Assembly (NCBI RefSeq): GCF_031769215.1
Contig: NW_026782772.1
Coordinates: forward strand, 1 to 64,000
Source of the DNA: Ylistrum balloti
Lineage: Eukaryota
Reading direction: 5' to 3'
Length of the DNA: 64,000 nucleotides
The notes beneath the pieces were generated by a model. The model saw only the letters and a list, made by a program, of their open reading frames with translations. It had not been told where the DNA came from and ran no database searches. The translations under genes were made by a program, and so were the position numbers. Below, piece by piece: positions 38,584-52,244 of this stretch. Numbering within the stretch: position 1 is the stretch's first letter; every line of letters starts with the position of its first letter.

Positions 38584-41500
38584 TGCTTTGCTTAGACGTT
38601 TCAGCGATAGACTAAACAACACGTTTCTTCTCAGCTCCATGTTTTTATTTATTTTTTCAGAACGAGGCTGTCATATAACCAATACAGGAGAGGATCTAAG
38701 AGAGATAACTCTTACGAGATTACAACTACTATAGATCATTACAACTCCCCTTTTGAAAATAGGTATTTTATCTTTAAAAGTTCAATTGTCATTGGAGGGA
38801 GCATATGATACATATGTAACTTGTATTTTGTGGTTAATTGACCATACTGAAACAAAATAGCTCGAAATTAAACTGCATGTTGATACATGTCTGAAACTTA
38901 ATATTTCTTTGTTGTTTATAATATTGTCACAGTTTCTAAGTAATAGTGTATATCCAACCCTCTTGATTGAGAATTATATATGGAACACAAGCAACAAATA
39001 AAATGTGATAATTTTGCAATTATGAGTGACCAAATTCACCAGAAGATAATGGACCAAAAATAGTTTTGATTTTGAACTCTTTACTGATGAATTTTATCAA
39101 GCATAACTACCAGGATCAGGATAGACTGTCCTGCCTGAGACCTAACATTAAAAAGGGGATTATTCTGCCCCTGTGCACTTCACATCTCATAATCTTTGAA
39201 TCGTGCTGGCAGTTTCACACTTCTGCCGTATTTTGTCTTCATACTCGGAGAGTTTCCGGTGGGCATTGCTAGTGCTGTCGCCTTATGCGTTGGCGTGTCA
39301 CTAGGTTTCGTAGTTGATTCTTGCTCCATGAAATCAGGAATGTCCTCTGTGTTTCTCCTGAATGTTTCCTCTCGTGACTGAATGATGTCTCGACGATTTC
39401 GACGAAACTTCTCACCATCAGGTGTCACTACTGTGTAGGACCTCGGGTATTCAGAGTGATTATAAATGTTTCCTGGAGTCCATTGTCCTCTGTGTTTAAA
39501 ACGAATCTTATCTCCGTCATTTAATTCCGACAGGCGTTTGGCTCCAATATCGAAATATTTTTTCTGCTTTTGCTGCGATTTCTGTCTGGTTTTCTGAACG
39601 TGTTCTGAAGACACTACACGTGGTTGAAGTTTAAGTTGGGTAACTGGTAGCACAGATCTAAGCTCTCTGCTCATGAGTAGTTGTGCTGGTGATTCTGTAT
39701 CCGTAGGCGAGTTCCTGTACTCGAGTAGAGCAAGATACGGATCTTGCCCGTTAGCGTTGGTTTTCTCAAGGATGCGTTTCATGGTTTGTACAGATTTCTC
39801 TGCTAAGCCGTTCGCTTGAGCAAAATAGGGACTTGATGTTGTGTGTTTAAACTTCCACTTTGTCGCAAATGTTTTGAATTCGGATGAGGAATATTGTGGA
39901 CCATTGTCGCTCCTCACTTCAAACGGTATTCCATGTCGTGCAAAGATAGATTTCAGGTGTGTTATTACTGTTACACTTTTAGTGTTCTCCAACTTTGCTA
40001 CCTCAAAGTATCGGGAATAGTAATCAGTGACTATCAGGAAGTCTGACTGGTTCCATGAGAATAAGTCGGTTCCCACAACTTGCCACGGTCCACTTGGTAC
40101 AGGTGTTGGCTTCAAAGGTCCTTTCTGATTGTTGTTCCTCATATCCATACAGGTACTACACCTTGATATCATGTCAGCAATATCAGTGTTCATGCCATGC
40201 CAATAAACAATACTTCTGGCTCTGAGTTTGGTTTTTTCTATACCAAAGTGACCTACATGAAGATCTGACAGTATTTCATCTTGGAGACTTTCCGGAATTA
40301 CTATCCTTTCTCCTTTGAGCACTATGCCTTCGTTGATAGTTAGTTCATTTCTAAGTTTCCAAAACTCTTGTAGGTTTTTTGTTAGAACATTTTTATTTTC
40401 TGGCCAGCCATTCTTTATCAATGCCTTAACTTGACTGAGTTGTTCATCCTCGTCTGTTCGAGTGCGAATTTGATCCATTTTATTGACAGAGACAGGTAGA
40501 CTGTTCAAAACAGTGTGTACATGACAATTGAGTTCTTCATCCATGTTCCCATCCTTGTTGGGAAGATATGCACGAGAAAGTGTGTCCGCTACTACTAATT
40601 CCTTGCCTGGCCTGTAGATTAGAGTGAAATCATAGCGTTGTAGACGTAGAAGCATTCTCTGTAACCTAGGTGGCGCTTGAGATAGGGGTTTCTTTAGTAT
40701 GGCTTCCAACGGCTTGTGATCACTTTCTACAGTTAGTGCCTGCGATCCACAGGTGTAGTTGTTGAAGCGTTCTAAAGCAAAGGTAACTGCAAGAAGTTCC
40801 TTCTCTATTTGTGCATATCTTGACTCTGTGTCAGTCATTGCTCTAGAGGCAAATGCTATGGGCTTATTCCTCTGTAGAATTACAGCACCTAATCCGTATT
40901 TTGATGCATCTGCACTTACGGTGGTTGGTAATCTTGGGTCATAAAATGCTAGTACTGGCTCTTTTGACAATATGCCTAGTATTTGCTTGAAAGCGTCATC
41001 CTGACTTTTGTTCCACTGAAATGCGACATCCTTTCTGAGCAACTCTCGAATCGGCTGTGTGATGGTTGACATGTTTGGTATGAACTTGGCTAAGTAATTG
41101 ACAGTTCCAAGTAGTCTCTCTACTCCTTTTTTGTCAACTGGTCGGGGCATCTCAGTAATTGCACTCAGTAATTGCACTCAGTTTTTCTGGATCTGGTTTT
41201 ACACCAGCGGCAGACAGTCTGTGACCTATATATGTGACCTCATTTTCGCTGAACCTGCATTTGTCCTTGTTCAAGGTGAGATTTATCTGTTCGCACCTCC
41301 GCAACACACGATCGAGACGAGCATCGTGCTCCGCGTTATCCTTTCCGAACACAAGTATGTCGTCTATGTCCACTTCGACACCTTCAATGTCATCGAAATG
41401 TTGTGCTATACGCTTCTGAAAAACTTCTTGCGCACTCTTTATGCCAAACGGCATGCGTAGGTAACAGTACCTGCCGAAAGGTGTATTAAAGGTTGTCAAG

Positions 41501-43563
41501 AGTTGGCTAGGCTCATCTAGAGGGATTTGCCAATAACCACTGTTGGCATCGAGCTTAGTAAAGATTTTAGCACCTGACATTCGCGTTGTGATATCTTCAA
41601 TTGTTGGTAACTCAAAATGTTCACGCTTTATGGCCTTGTTCAAATTCCTCGGGTCGAGGCACACTCTTAACTTGCCTGACTTGGGCTTTTCCACTAGCAC
41701 TATGGAGCTGACCCAGTCAGTGGGTTCATCAACCTTTCTCACGACACCATTTTTCTCCATTTCGTTGAGTGTGATTTTTAATTTGTCGCGTAGATTTGCA
41801 GGGATTTTACGTGGTGGGTTTACAACCGGTGTTACACTTTTGTCAACTTTGATGGTGTATGGCTCCTTAAGGCAACCTAATCCTTTAAATATTTCCAGAA
41901 ACTTGCTAGTAGGGTCCTGTTTATCCACTGACGGCTCAGTAACCTTTTCAGTCATCATGACCACTTTTACTAGCCCAAGGTCTTGACATGATTTGAATCC
42001 AAGTAATGGGACTGTGTCTTCCCTTGCAACGTAGAATTCAACGTTTTCATTTAGGCATTGGAGCCTACACTTCCCCTTTATGGGTATTTTGTTGCCAGTG
42101 TAGCTCGATAGTCGCGTTGCCGTGTCCGATAATTTGGTTTTTGGTTCTACATTTAGACAGTTGAACAACTTGTCCGATATAATGTTGGCCTGGGAGCCCG
42201 TGTCTAATTTGAACCTGACATTTGTTCCATTGATGTTGAGATTTGCGAAAGCTTCATTAGTTCCAACCTCTGTTTTGTGATTATGTACTGCACCAATGAA
42301 CAAGTCTTCGAATCCTTCCATGTCCACTGCCTCATTCGCGTGTACCACTTTAGTTTTACACTGTCGAGCGAAATGATTCATTCCCTTACATTTATCACAT
42401 ATTTGACCAAATGCTGGACATTTCCGATATCCGTGTTTAGTGCCACAACGTCCACACTGAAATAGTTTTTGTTTTACATGTTGTTTGCTGTGGTTGGAGT
42501 TGTCTCCCCTGACTGACTGTTTCTTGTTACCTCCCCTTGCACTATGTGTTGGTCTATTTGTATAATGTTCCTTGGGGGGTCTGTTTTGTTTATCACGATG
42601 ATTTTTGTGTACCGCGTTGACTTCTTCTGTGTTTAGATTTTTTAACATTTGTTGTGACTCCTCACTGGCTCTGCAAGCAGTTACGGCCCTTTCAAGTGTG
42701 AGTTGATTGTCTCTCAAAAGTCGTTCTTTTACCTTTTCTGAAAATACACCACAGACAATACGATTGCGTAACATTTCATCTTCCAGTGTACCAAATTTAC
42801 AGTTTTTTGCAATAATGCGTAGTTCGGTCACGTATTCATCAATAGTTTCTGTTTTACCTTGTGTACGTGTGTAGAATCTGTGTCGCCACAGTTATGTTTT
42901 CCCTCGGGGCACAGTAAGATTTAAATTTGTTTATTAAAACTTCAATTTTGTCTTTTTCTTCCTCTGTGAATGTGAAAGTGTTGTAAATTTCCCTTCCGTC
43001 TTGTCCTATTATGTATAGGAATGCACTACATTTTTCCTTTTCAGATTTATTTGACATCGCTATATCTAAATATAGTCGCATGGATTGTTCCCATTTTCCT
43101 GGGAGATTTCCCTCAGACGCCGAAAAGTCTAATTCTGGGGGTGGGCGGATATGTTCCATTATGTTGGATTGGGCTGATAATGTCTATTTGCCTGTATTTC
43201 GGTATTTTACCGGTCTGGGTAGAGGGTTTTGGTTTCTGGCGGGTAGCACATGTTTTATACAGCGCACACTAGATGTCATCGATTCGACAGTTATTGACGA
43301 GTTAAGCGATATGACATACAATATTCATTCCGCCGATATCTGGTTGGATATGTTGCCTTACCAAATACCCATATTTCCATCAGTATCCCGCTGTCTGACA
43401 CCATGCTTTGCTTAGACGTTTCAGCGATAGACTAAACAACACGTTTCTTCTCAGCTCCATGTTTTTATTTATTTTTTCAGAACGAGGCTGTCATATAACC
43501 AATACAGGAGAGGATCTAAGAGAGATAACTCTTACGAGATTACAACTACTATAGATCATTACA
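38584..43563 (-). mobile_element. Gypsy D: complete Mag-like LTR retrotransposon
   Basis: 160-bp LTRs 38584-38743 and 43404-43563, identical by eye; 5-bp TSD CCCAG; PBS TGGTGTCAGA; PPT AAAAGGGGAG. Confidence 0.97.
39180..43159 (-). pseudogene. gag-pol of Gypsy D with two frameshifts
   Basis: Two zinc knuckles, KLDTGSQ, VDIDDILV, RNase H, HHCC and DDE integrase; 2-nt loss near 42885 and 13-bp tandem duplication CTCAGTAATTGCA at 41151-41176. Confidence 0.93.
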
Positions 43564-44149
43564 CCCAGTACTCTCTTTGCTAATGTTACAGGGTCGGTTA
43601 TGGGCAAAATACCACAACAACACCTTCGTAAGTTCTCAACCATTAACCTGGTTTTTTATTGCAGGTGACAAGAGATTAACTCTGTGTATGGCACAGAGTT
43701 ATAGGGGAAATCTTGTCTTGTAAATATGACCGGCATCGTACAGGTGAGCGGGTAGTTATACATGAGGTTTGCAGATATTCACTCGCACGACTTTACAATT
43801 TCTCTGGTCACCTCACTGTCCAGTCAGACAATGACCGGAACAAACAAAAAAGCGCGAAATGGACAAGAGCCAATAAAATAAGACACAAGATTGTGACGTA
43901 AGACAAAGACAAAACTGACCAATGACCAAACGATACGATATAAGCAGACGAAAACTAGGCTAAACACTTAGACGCATACAGTATAAACGAAACTAATAAA
44001 TAAGACTAATACAATACTGAGACAATTCAATACAAATATTAAAATTATAGATCCTGCCACATACTCCCCCTGTTTTGAAAAAATGTCGTCCCAACATTAA
44101 CTACTACTATATTTATCGTAATTAAACTTCTTGGATCAAAATACCGATA

Positions 44150-47100
44150 CTATTTATTGGTATTTAAATTGCCAGACACAATATCCAACAAAGTGCTGGA
44201 CACATCCGCATCCCTGCCCCTAAAGATACCTGAATCGTAGAGCCTTTCAAGGTAGCGGGCGCGGGCTATCCAGTCTGGTTCCGCAGGTTGCTGAGAGAAG
44301 ACGTAATCTCCTGTCTGGGTCCATCTAGGAGGTATTCTATTTCGTTGTGGGCGTGGAGGCACAACTTGAGATCCCTCCGTGGTGTCTTCTCCTATGGTAT
44401 TTTCGCCGTAGCTCGAGTGGGCAATACTTCCAGTGTCTTCATTACCGTCCGACTCGGCGTTATCAGCAGCTGCCTCATCATCTGCGTTCTGCGTAGACTC
44501 ATCTTCAACGACATCGTCAGCAGAATCAGATGCGCCAATGTCATCGAGCGTCGTATTGGTGGTGCCGGCTGTGGTGTCTGTGATTACACCATTACCCACC
44601 AAAACGTCGTCCTCGTCTTCACTAGAGGAAGAACTCGATTGCTGCCGCTCAATCCTTTTTCTCAAGCGTGTTTTCCTTGGGCGTGGTACAGGCACAGGCC
44701 TCTCATCTACGCCGCTGATGTAGTTGATCGGGAGGAGGAGGTTCCTATGAAGGGTTCTGTCCCTGCCCTCTCCATTTTCCTTTCTAACGACGAAAACAGG
44801 AATGTTTCTGTCTGGCTGATCGATAACCGTGCAAGGATCGGTCTCCCACTTGTTCGAAAGCTTGTGTCTGCCATCGAAGGAGACTTTCTTTACCAAAACA
44901 CGATCACCGATGTTAACTGTAGCTCCTCTGATCTTCTTGTCATAATGTCCTTTCTGTCGAGACTGATTCTTTGAGACGTTTGCAGAGGCGATTTCATATG
45001 CTCGCTTCAGTCTTTTCCTCAAGTCGTCGACATAGGAAGTCAAATCATCATGGTATTGGCCGATGTCAATGCCAAAAGCTAGGTCAACCGGAAGTCGAGG
45101 ATTCCTGCCAAACATTAGGTAGTATGGCGACTGACCAGTGGAATCTTGGCGGGTTGAGTTGTATGCGTGGACCAGAGAAGATAGGTGCGCCTTCCAGCTC
45201 TTCTTCTGTTCGTTCTCCAGAGTGCCGAGCATATTAAGGAGGGTTCTGTTGAAACGCTCGCAAAGTCCATTTCCCATCGGGTGATATGGTGTGGTGTGAG
45301 ACTTCACGATGCCTGTTGTTGCACACATCTCTTTAATAAGCTGGCTCTCGAAGTTGGGGCCCTGGTCTGTATGGATTCTGGAGGGTAGTCCGTAATGAAC
45401 AACGAAGTTCTGCAGAAAGGCGTCAGCTGTAGTCTTTGCAGTCGTGTTCTTGGTCGGAACTGCTATGGCATACTTGGTGAAATGGTCTGTTATGACTAGT
45501 ATGTTACTGTAACCTCCTTTAGATGTTTCAAGGCACAGAAAATCCATACAGACGAGTTCCAACGGCTGGCTTGATGGAATACTGACGAGTGGCGCACAGC
45601 ACTTCGTAGATGTCTTCCTGAGAGTGCATGGTCCACAAACTTTGATCCACTCTTCTACGTCTTTAGTCATGCCAGGCCAGTAGAACCGATCTTGCAGGAG
45701 AGATATAACTCTGTCACGGCCGAGATGTCCCATCTTGTCGTGTACCATCTTAAGTGCTAATGGTACGTAGACTCTTGGTAACACCAACTGTTTTCTCTCT
45801 TCGCCATCTACTGTTGACTTCCGGTAGAGAGTGCCATCTTCTATGCAGAGCCTGTCAAAGTTAGTTCTAAAACTGGTATGTATGCGAGATCTTGGTACAT
45901 CCTCCTTCCGGGGTTTCGATCCGGCCTCGACGAAGGGGATCCATACTGCCAAATCCGCATCTTTCTTCTGCTCCTTAGCTACGTCAAGAATCTCTCCACT
46001 ATCTGGTTTCCAGTTGATGTCGTCAAGAATGTTCTGCGACATGGAAACATTCTCCACCAAAGGCTTAGGCTGGAGGGCATATCCAAGAGCTCTAATGACT
46101 TCGCGAGGAACGGTCTGGTTGTTCTCTGTTTCGCACTCAAGGTTTGGAAGTCTTGACATGGAGTCGGCGTCAATGTTGTTAATACCAGGACGATAGATGA
46201 TCTCAAAATCGTAAGCGGCTAAAGCTGCTACCCAACGTTGAGAGGTTGCGTCGAGCTTCGCTGAGGTGAGTACATACGTCAGTGGGTTGTTGTCTGTTAC
46301 AGCGGTGAACTGGTGACCGTAGAGATAGTCGCTAAATTTCTCTGTGACAGCCCACTTGAGCGCCAGGAACTCCAACTTATGAGCTGGGTACCGCTGTTCT
46401 GACCTGGATAGACCCCGACTGGCATATGCAATCACCCGTTTCATTTCGTTCTGTTCCTGGTAGAGTACTGCGCCAAGTCCGGAACCTGAAGCGTCGGTGT
46501 GCAGAAAGGCTTCTTGAAGTCGGGATAACCTAGGATGGGAGGTTGAGTCAAACAGCTTGGTAAAGGCTTGCTCCTGTTCCTCACCCCAGGTCCACTTCCG
46601 CTGAACTGTCTCCTCACCAGACCTTGCAGACTTCTTGGTTGTCTTCTTTCCTTTTGGCTTCTTCGGAGCTGGCATTAAGATGGTAAGAGGTCTTGCAATT
46701 CTCGAGAAGTTCCTTATAAATCGCCGGTAATACCCAACAAATCCGAGGAACTTCCTCACGTCTTCTGGTGTCTCAGATGTCGGCCAGTTGACGACGCGCT
46801 CAATCTTTGACGGATCAGGCTCAATCCCGTCTTCCGACACGACGTGACCTACGTAGGTTACCTTGGGCTTAAATAACAAGCACTTTTCCGGCGACAGCTT
46901 GAGGCCATGACTCTTGAGTCTTTCGAAAACCTGGTCCAATCTAGACAGATGTTCATCAAAAGATGGTGCGAAGACAATAATGTTGTCAATATAGACAAAA
47001 CATATCTGTGTATGAAGACCGTGCAGGCACTCCTTCATAAGACGCTGGTACGTGGCGGGCGCGTTTGCGAGTCCAAACGGCATCCTCGTATATTCATAGA

Positions 47101-48480
47101 AACCGAGTGGTCCGACAGTGAAGGCCGTCCGTTCCTTGTGGTCTTCATGGATTTCTACCTGATGATATCCAGATTTGAGATCCAGGACAGAAAAGAATCG
47201 ATTTCCTGCTAAGGAGTCTAGTGTCTCGTCGATTCTCGGGAGGGCGTAGGCGTCTTTGACTGTTCTCTGGTTAAGCTGTCTGTAGTCAACGCATAGCCTA
47301 AGGGCACCATTCTTCTTTCTAACCAGCACAACGTTCTGTGTCCATGGTGAATGTGACCGCTGGATGACACCCGCTGCCAGAAGCTGATGAAGGTGACTCC
47401 TGACTTCTTCCAACATCGATGGCGGAATACGGCGGTGTCTCTGTCTAAATGGCGTGACATCATGGAGGTCTATTCGGTGTCTAATAACATCAGTATGACC
47501 TAAGTCAACGTCGCTTGTGGCAAAGATCGAACGATACCGCTCTAGAAGTGCTCTCCCTCGGGCTTCTTCCTCATCAGACAGTCTGTCTGTGTTGACCTCA
47601 ATCTTGTCGAGGGCATCCTCAGAATTTTCTTTGTCGTCCATCTCAGAACTGTCTTCTGTCGTAACAAGCTGCAGCTCACACAGCAAAGCCCTCGGCTGTA
47701 TCGTCGCTGTACGAGTCGATATGTTGGTAACATGGACCTTAATGTTACTTCTATCCTGGTGGCTGTAGGAAGTAATCGCCGGGGTGATGTCCATATCTTC
47801 TGGGATAGACGATCCAGGTGTAGCATGTATAAGGGCGCAAACCTTCGGGAAACTAAGTTTCTTCTCCAGATGTCCTGTGATGGTTACCTCGGAGTTGGGA
47901 CGGATGGTGATGGGTCCAGCCTCTGCTGACCGTACAAGGGCCAATCAGTGATGGTTCCGCGCAAGATCTCTCTCGCGAAGTAACATAGAACGAAACGACA
48001 GGTACATAGGAGTGGTAAGCTTTCCCTCTTGCAGAAATTTCTTCCCATACCAGTGTTCTGTTCTCTCCATCAAGATCCCAAGTAGGTTGGTTCCTATCAG
48101 GACTGGTACCTTGGCGTTGTAGGGACTTGGAGGGACTATCAGAAACAAACCCTTCTGGATGGTACTATCTTGCTTCATTCCCATTCCAGAGAACTCAATG
48201 GGTACTTCTACTAGTCCGGAGTAAGGAAGAAGCTGGCCGTCGGCACACTCAATGTGCAATACCTCCTTTAACTTCTGTACGGGTATGCTATGAAGGTGTC
48301 TCTCATAGAATTCCTGAGAAATAGTCGATATAGTTGATCCAGTATCCAACAGTGCCTTGGTGATGATTCCATTCACCTTCACGCTGGCCTCGTTGGCTGT
48401 TCCTACCAACTCTGTCTTTGGGCTGGTCGTCTGACTGCAGGCTAGTGTCCGCCCCCTGAAGCTAGCCTGTTGGGGTTTAA
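44150..48480 (-). pseudogene. pol of Gypsy E (PR, RT, RNase H, integrase)
   Basis: LLDTGST; in-frame TGA at 47945-47947; YIDNIIV; HTDASG; HDKMGH..CGPC; CMDF, HTDQG, LCERFN; compensating frameshifts around 46500-46560. Confidence 0.92.
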
Positions 48481-49541
48481 ATCGGATGGTAGCTTCGCTC
48501 GACATCCAAGCTTGATGTGTCCCTTCTGGCCGCATCTGTAGCAGGTTGGCTCCTCATATGATCCAGTTCCTTGCTGCTCTCTCCCATTGACAGAGTACTG
48601 TTGGGACTGTTGGCGGCTCTGCTCTCTGTTTCCTCTGTTCCGTTGCTGTCCACCTCTCCTCTCTCTATGTTGCCCCTGGTTTCCACCGCGATCTGTTTTT
48701 AGCTCTTTTACCTCTGTTGCCAGCTGCTGGATCATTCCCTTTAGCTTTATCATCTCAGAATGATCAGGATCTGGTGCTGCGGTCGCTGCCTTCGCTATTG
48801 CCGCCTTCTTCTTTCCTCCCTTATCAGACTTCGGCTATTCCAGTCTTCTTCTATGCGTCTCATGGCTATCCTCAGGGCATCAAAGTCATGGAGACTCTCA
48901 TGAAGATAACCTGAGGCATCCTTAAGGGCAGGCTTCATTCCACACCAGAACATGGTACAGAGCATGGAATTGGCATGGGACTTCTCCACTTGTCCACTCT
49001 CGATGGCATTAGACAGAAGGTCCTCAAGGCGGCAACTCCATGAAGCAACATCCTCATCACTGTGTTGTCTCGCACTATAAAACTGCGCTAACAACATCTC
49101 AGCTTGCTGGACATTACCAAACACGCTGTCCATCTTGTCAAGTATTTCCTGGACAGAAGCTGATGGGTCAAGGTGAGAGCGAACTGGTAAGGCATTTCCT
49201 CTCAGGGAACTTCTGATGGCTTGCTGTATAGTTGCAGGTGGATGTCCTTCCTTGATGATACATTGGACCTCGCTCCGCCACACATCATAAGCAATGTCTT
49301 TTTCCTTCTTGCTGTCCCCAGAGAATGGTGATATCTTGGGAAAGTGTTGCATCGTCCCTGTAGAGTATGGTGGCATCATGTGCATCATGGTAGGCTTAGA
49401 CTCTTCAGCTTCAGCTAATGCTGCTGTAGTACCCTGCATCCATACTTGGAAATCCTTCAAAGTATCTACTTTGGGCTTGAGCTTCAGAGTCTTCATGTGC
49501 TCCAGGAGCTTCTGCACTTCATCCTCTGTTATGTCAGACAT
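48442..49541 (-). pseudogene. gag of Gypsy E (PNMA/Ma-like capsid plus CCHC), one frameshift
   Basis: ISPFSGD..YDVWRSEV..IRSSLRG..FYSARQ; frameshift near 48830; CYRCGQKGHIKLGC. Confidence 0.85.
48475..48481 (-). other. Putative -1 ribosomal frameshift heptamer T TTA AAC (gag to pol)
   Basis: Gag frame GAT TTA AAC overlaps pol frame CGA TTT AAA, which is the -1 frame; gag stops about 10 codons later. Confidence 0.7.
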
Positions 49542-50242
49542 GGTTAGAGATGGGAGGTCCAGCAACAGAAATACTACACAAGTAACTCTCAACAGCATCC
49601 AAATACCAGGTAATATAGCTAGGTGTTTGTCTCAAGAAAATAATAACTCAATATCACAAGAAATTGTGGGCAGCACTATAGAATGCGAGTGCAAAATAGT
49701 TACTACTGAGTATCATATAGGACAGAGTGACAATACGTGTACTATGGTATGATTCAATATGTAAATAAATCCCTCAAAATAATCAAAATATCAATGATAT
49801 AAAATGGTTTAGGGATATACATCAAAGGTAGTACACAAGTAGAGGTAAGACAAAAATGGTACCTCTTTAATGTACACTGGTAGTAGCCATGTCACACTTT
49901 ATATCAATGTGCAAATATGCACACAAAAATATTGGATTTGGAATATTAAGCAAAATAGTAAATCCAATTTGGAACACAAATAAACGAGAAAAAAAACCCC
50001 ATAGAACACTGAACACAGAGTACTGAATATATAAGGATAAATGATGTGTGACACAACTACAATCACAACTGATCATCGTCAAAAATATGATCAAAATTTG
50101 TGTAAATAATCTAAGTACATGTCTTGCAGTAGTATTACGAAAATATCAATGATCAGAATCAGAAATTTATTCCAAATAAATTGTCCATCTGAATTTTAAG
50201 TTCATCATGGACGCCACCATCTTGGGGAATACATCTGGATCA

Positions 50243-50680
50243 CTAATATACTGGTATATAGTCTGAAAAGTACTGAAGAGATCGTTAGGGGCCTCCAGTT
50301 ATTTATATTATCTAGGCTTTCAGATCTCTTAGGTAGTAGGATTGACCGATTTTCTTTGACTGCATCGGGAACCTTTCCTGCGCATAGGCAGATATTGAAT
50401 AGGTTGGCTGAAAATTCTCCACTCGGATTGACCTTGATAACAAATTTGAGGTCAATGCGTTCAGGACCAGCCGACGTACGTTTGTTCGCTCTTGCGAAGG
50501 CACTCCAAACCTCCTCCACACTGATTGATTTTACCAACCTCTCATTATTAACAGGGTCTGTCATTGGATAAGCCGACAAGTCGACTTCTTGAGACCTACC
50601 ACCGAAACGTTATTCGTATGTGGCCTTTACGATATTTGGCATTTTTCCGTACTACCTTTGTCATCGATCAATTCTGGGTG
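50243..50680 (-). pseudogene. R2-like RT N-terminal fragment (domains 0-2)
   Basis: SAGPERI..ANLFN..RSILLPK..NINNWRPLTISSVLFRLYTSIL. Confidence 0.88.
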
Positions 50681-50689
50681 TAAGTTGTG

Positions 50690-50790
50690 ACTAACGTAGG
50701 GACGTCGTGGCCTTAAATTGAACTCCCGCAACCGAGTCCTAACTGTTCTTGGACACACGGCGTGCCTACAATTAGTGTTGGGTATCATTT
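50690..50790 (-). pseudogene. Tc1 transposase fragment (continuation of Tc1 element 2)
   Basis: RTVRTRLREFNLRPRRPYV, homologous to KTVRNRLREVGVRDRRPDV in element 1. Confidence 0.7.
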
Positions 50791-51349
50791 CAAAATTTCA
50801 CGATCGAACATCACTTGATCAAAACGATCGATGATCGACTAATTTTGCAGTGTATACTCTAGCAAGTTAGTACGTATATTTACATATTTTTTTTCATATT
50901 TTGTCAATAAAAATAATTTTTAAGTTGTAATGTTATGTAACTGCTTTGCGTTTTCATTAAAAGATATCCTGGAGTGGTTTTCTTTTGTTAAGACATCTCA
51001 ACTCGACTCAGTTATAATATTGACTTCTTGTCTGGTTTTAATAACAAAACAGAAACTTCATAACTGAAAAAAAACATCAACAGTTCAATAAATTAAAAAT
51101 TTTAAAGAAAGTAAGTTCAGGTAAATTTCAGGATTTTTTTTTCACATCAAGAAATTTAGCCTGTGTACTAAGTGTGACAGTTAAGTCAAACTCATTATAG
51201 ATGTTTATACTAGCAAATGAGTTAACACACAATATATGGTATGGTGCAGTTAATGTTAAAACCCAGAGAGTAGAAGTAAGGGTTACAATGTTACTTTCCA
51301 AAAGGAAAAATGTCTGCTTATAGGTCAAGTTAATTTAATGATTGTATGA

Positions 51350-52127
51350 CTTTGAGTTTTTGTGCTGAAAAATCATTTTGTTCACATTGTCCGGAGACAG
51401 TTGTGATCTCTTTTTCCTGACAATGTTGCAAGCAAGACTAAATATACGTTCAGACGGCACTGAAGATGCTGGGAACTTTTTGGCCACTTTTGCCGCTCGT
51501 GGATAAAATATTTCCTTCTACCACTCTAGACCAGAGACACTACCTTCCTCAGCAATATATCGCTGAACTTCCTGCTCCGCCAAAACTTCTTCTGGGATGC
51601 TACCTGCTTTATAGCCACAAACAATGACGTCATCAAGCCAGTCACATTCACTCTCAACCTTTTGCTTTTTGGAAGGGTTAGTCTCAGGTGTACTATTCTG
51701 CTTTTGGTCTGTATTGTTAGGATCTACCTGGGATTCAGAGAGAGGAAGTTCTGGTAGTTGAGGTAATGTAGCTACGGCTTGGTCATCATCATCTTTTTCC
51801 TTCTTTATTACAACTGATGTATTTCTTTGACTTCACTTCAGTCAAAAGCAGCCCATGTGCTCGGTCTCTTTCTTCTAATGACGGGAAAGAAAGGTGTTTT
51901 GTTTTTGGGTGCAGAAGCGATGCAATAAGAGCTATCTCAAATTCAGTACCAAACCGACTTTCTAATTGATTCTGCATTTCTCCCTTAACTCGCTGGACGA
52001 TACTGATGTCGTCCTCTTGAATCTGAATCCCCTGGGAAAGCTTCCTCATAATGTAAAATGGACTATATTCCAGGTCGCTATATTCCTGCTGGTACAGACG
52101 TTCACCAGTCGCTTCCTTTTTTACCAA
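51350..52127 (-). pseudogene. hAT transposase 3' fragment with dimerisation domain
   Basis: IASLLHPKTKHLSF; PASSVPSERIFSLACNIVRKKRSQLSPDNVNKMIF. Confidence 0.85.
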
Positions 52128-52244
52128 TCGTACATCAGGCCAGTTCTGAATTCTGACGTTATAATTGTGCGTCGTATCGTTTCTAAACTAATTATTCATT
52201 CTAATAATTTCCCAAAAACTGAATGTTTATCACAAGAATACTTC

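Larger units (their letters stand above)
43584..50242 (-). mobile_element. Gypsy E: PNMA-like-gag Ty3/Gypsy element with only a 3' LTR
   Basis: TG..CA ends; 4-bp TSD CTAA (43580-43583, 50243-50246); 3' LTR 43584-44061 after PPT AAAACAGGGGGAG; no LTR copy at the 5' end. Confidence 0.88.

Noticed and set aside
44288-44974. 228-aa antisense ORF (possible extra or env-like gene) in Gypsy E
   Set aside because: Shadow of the pol C-terminal low-complexity region; no TM or signal features; many similar antisense ORFs overlap other pol genes
28600-50700. rDNA target sequence around the R2-like fragments
   Set aside because: No 28S/18S-like sequence recognised anywhere in the window
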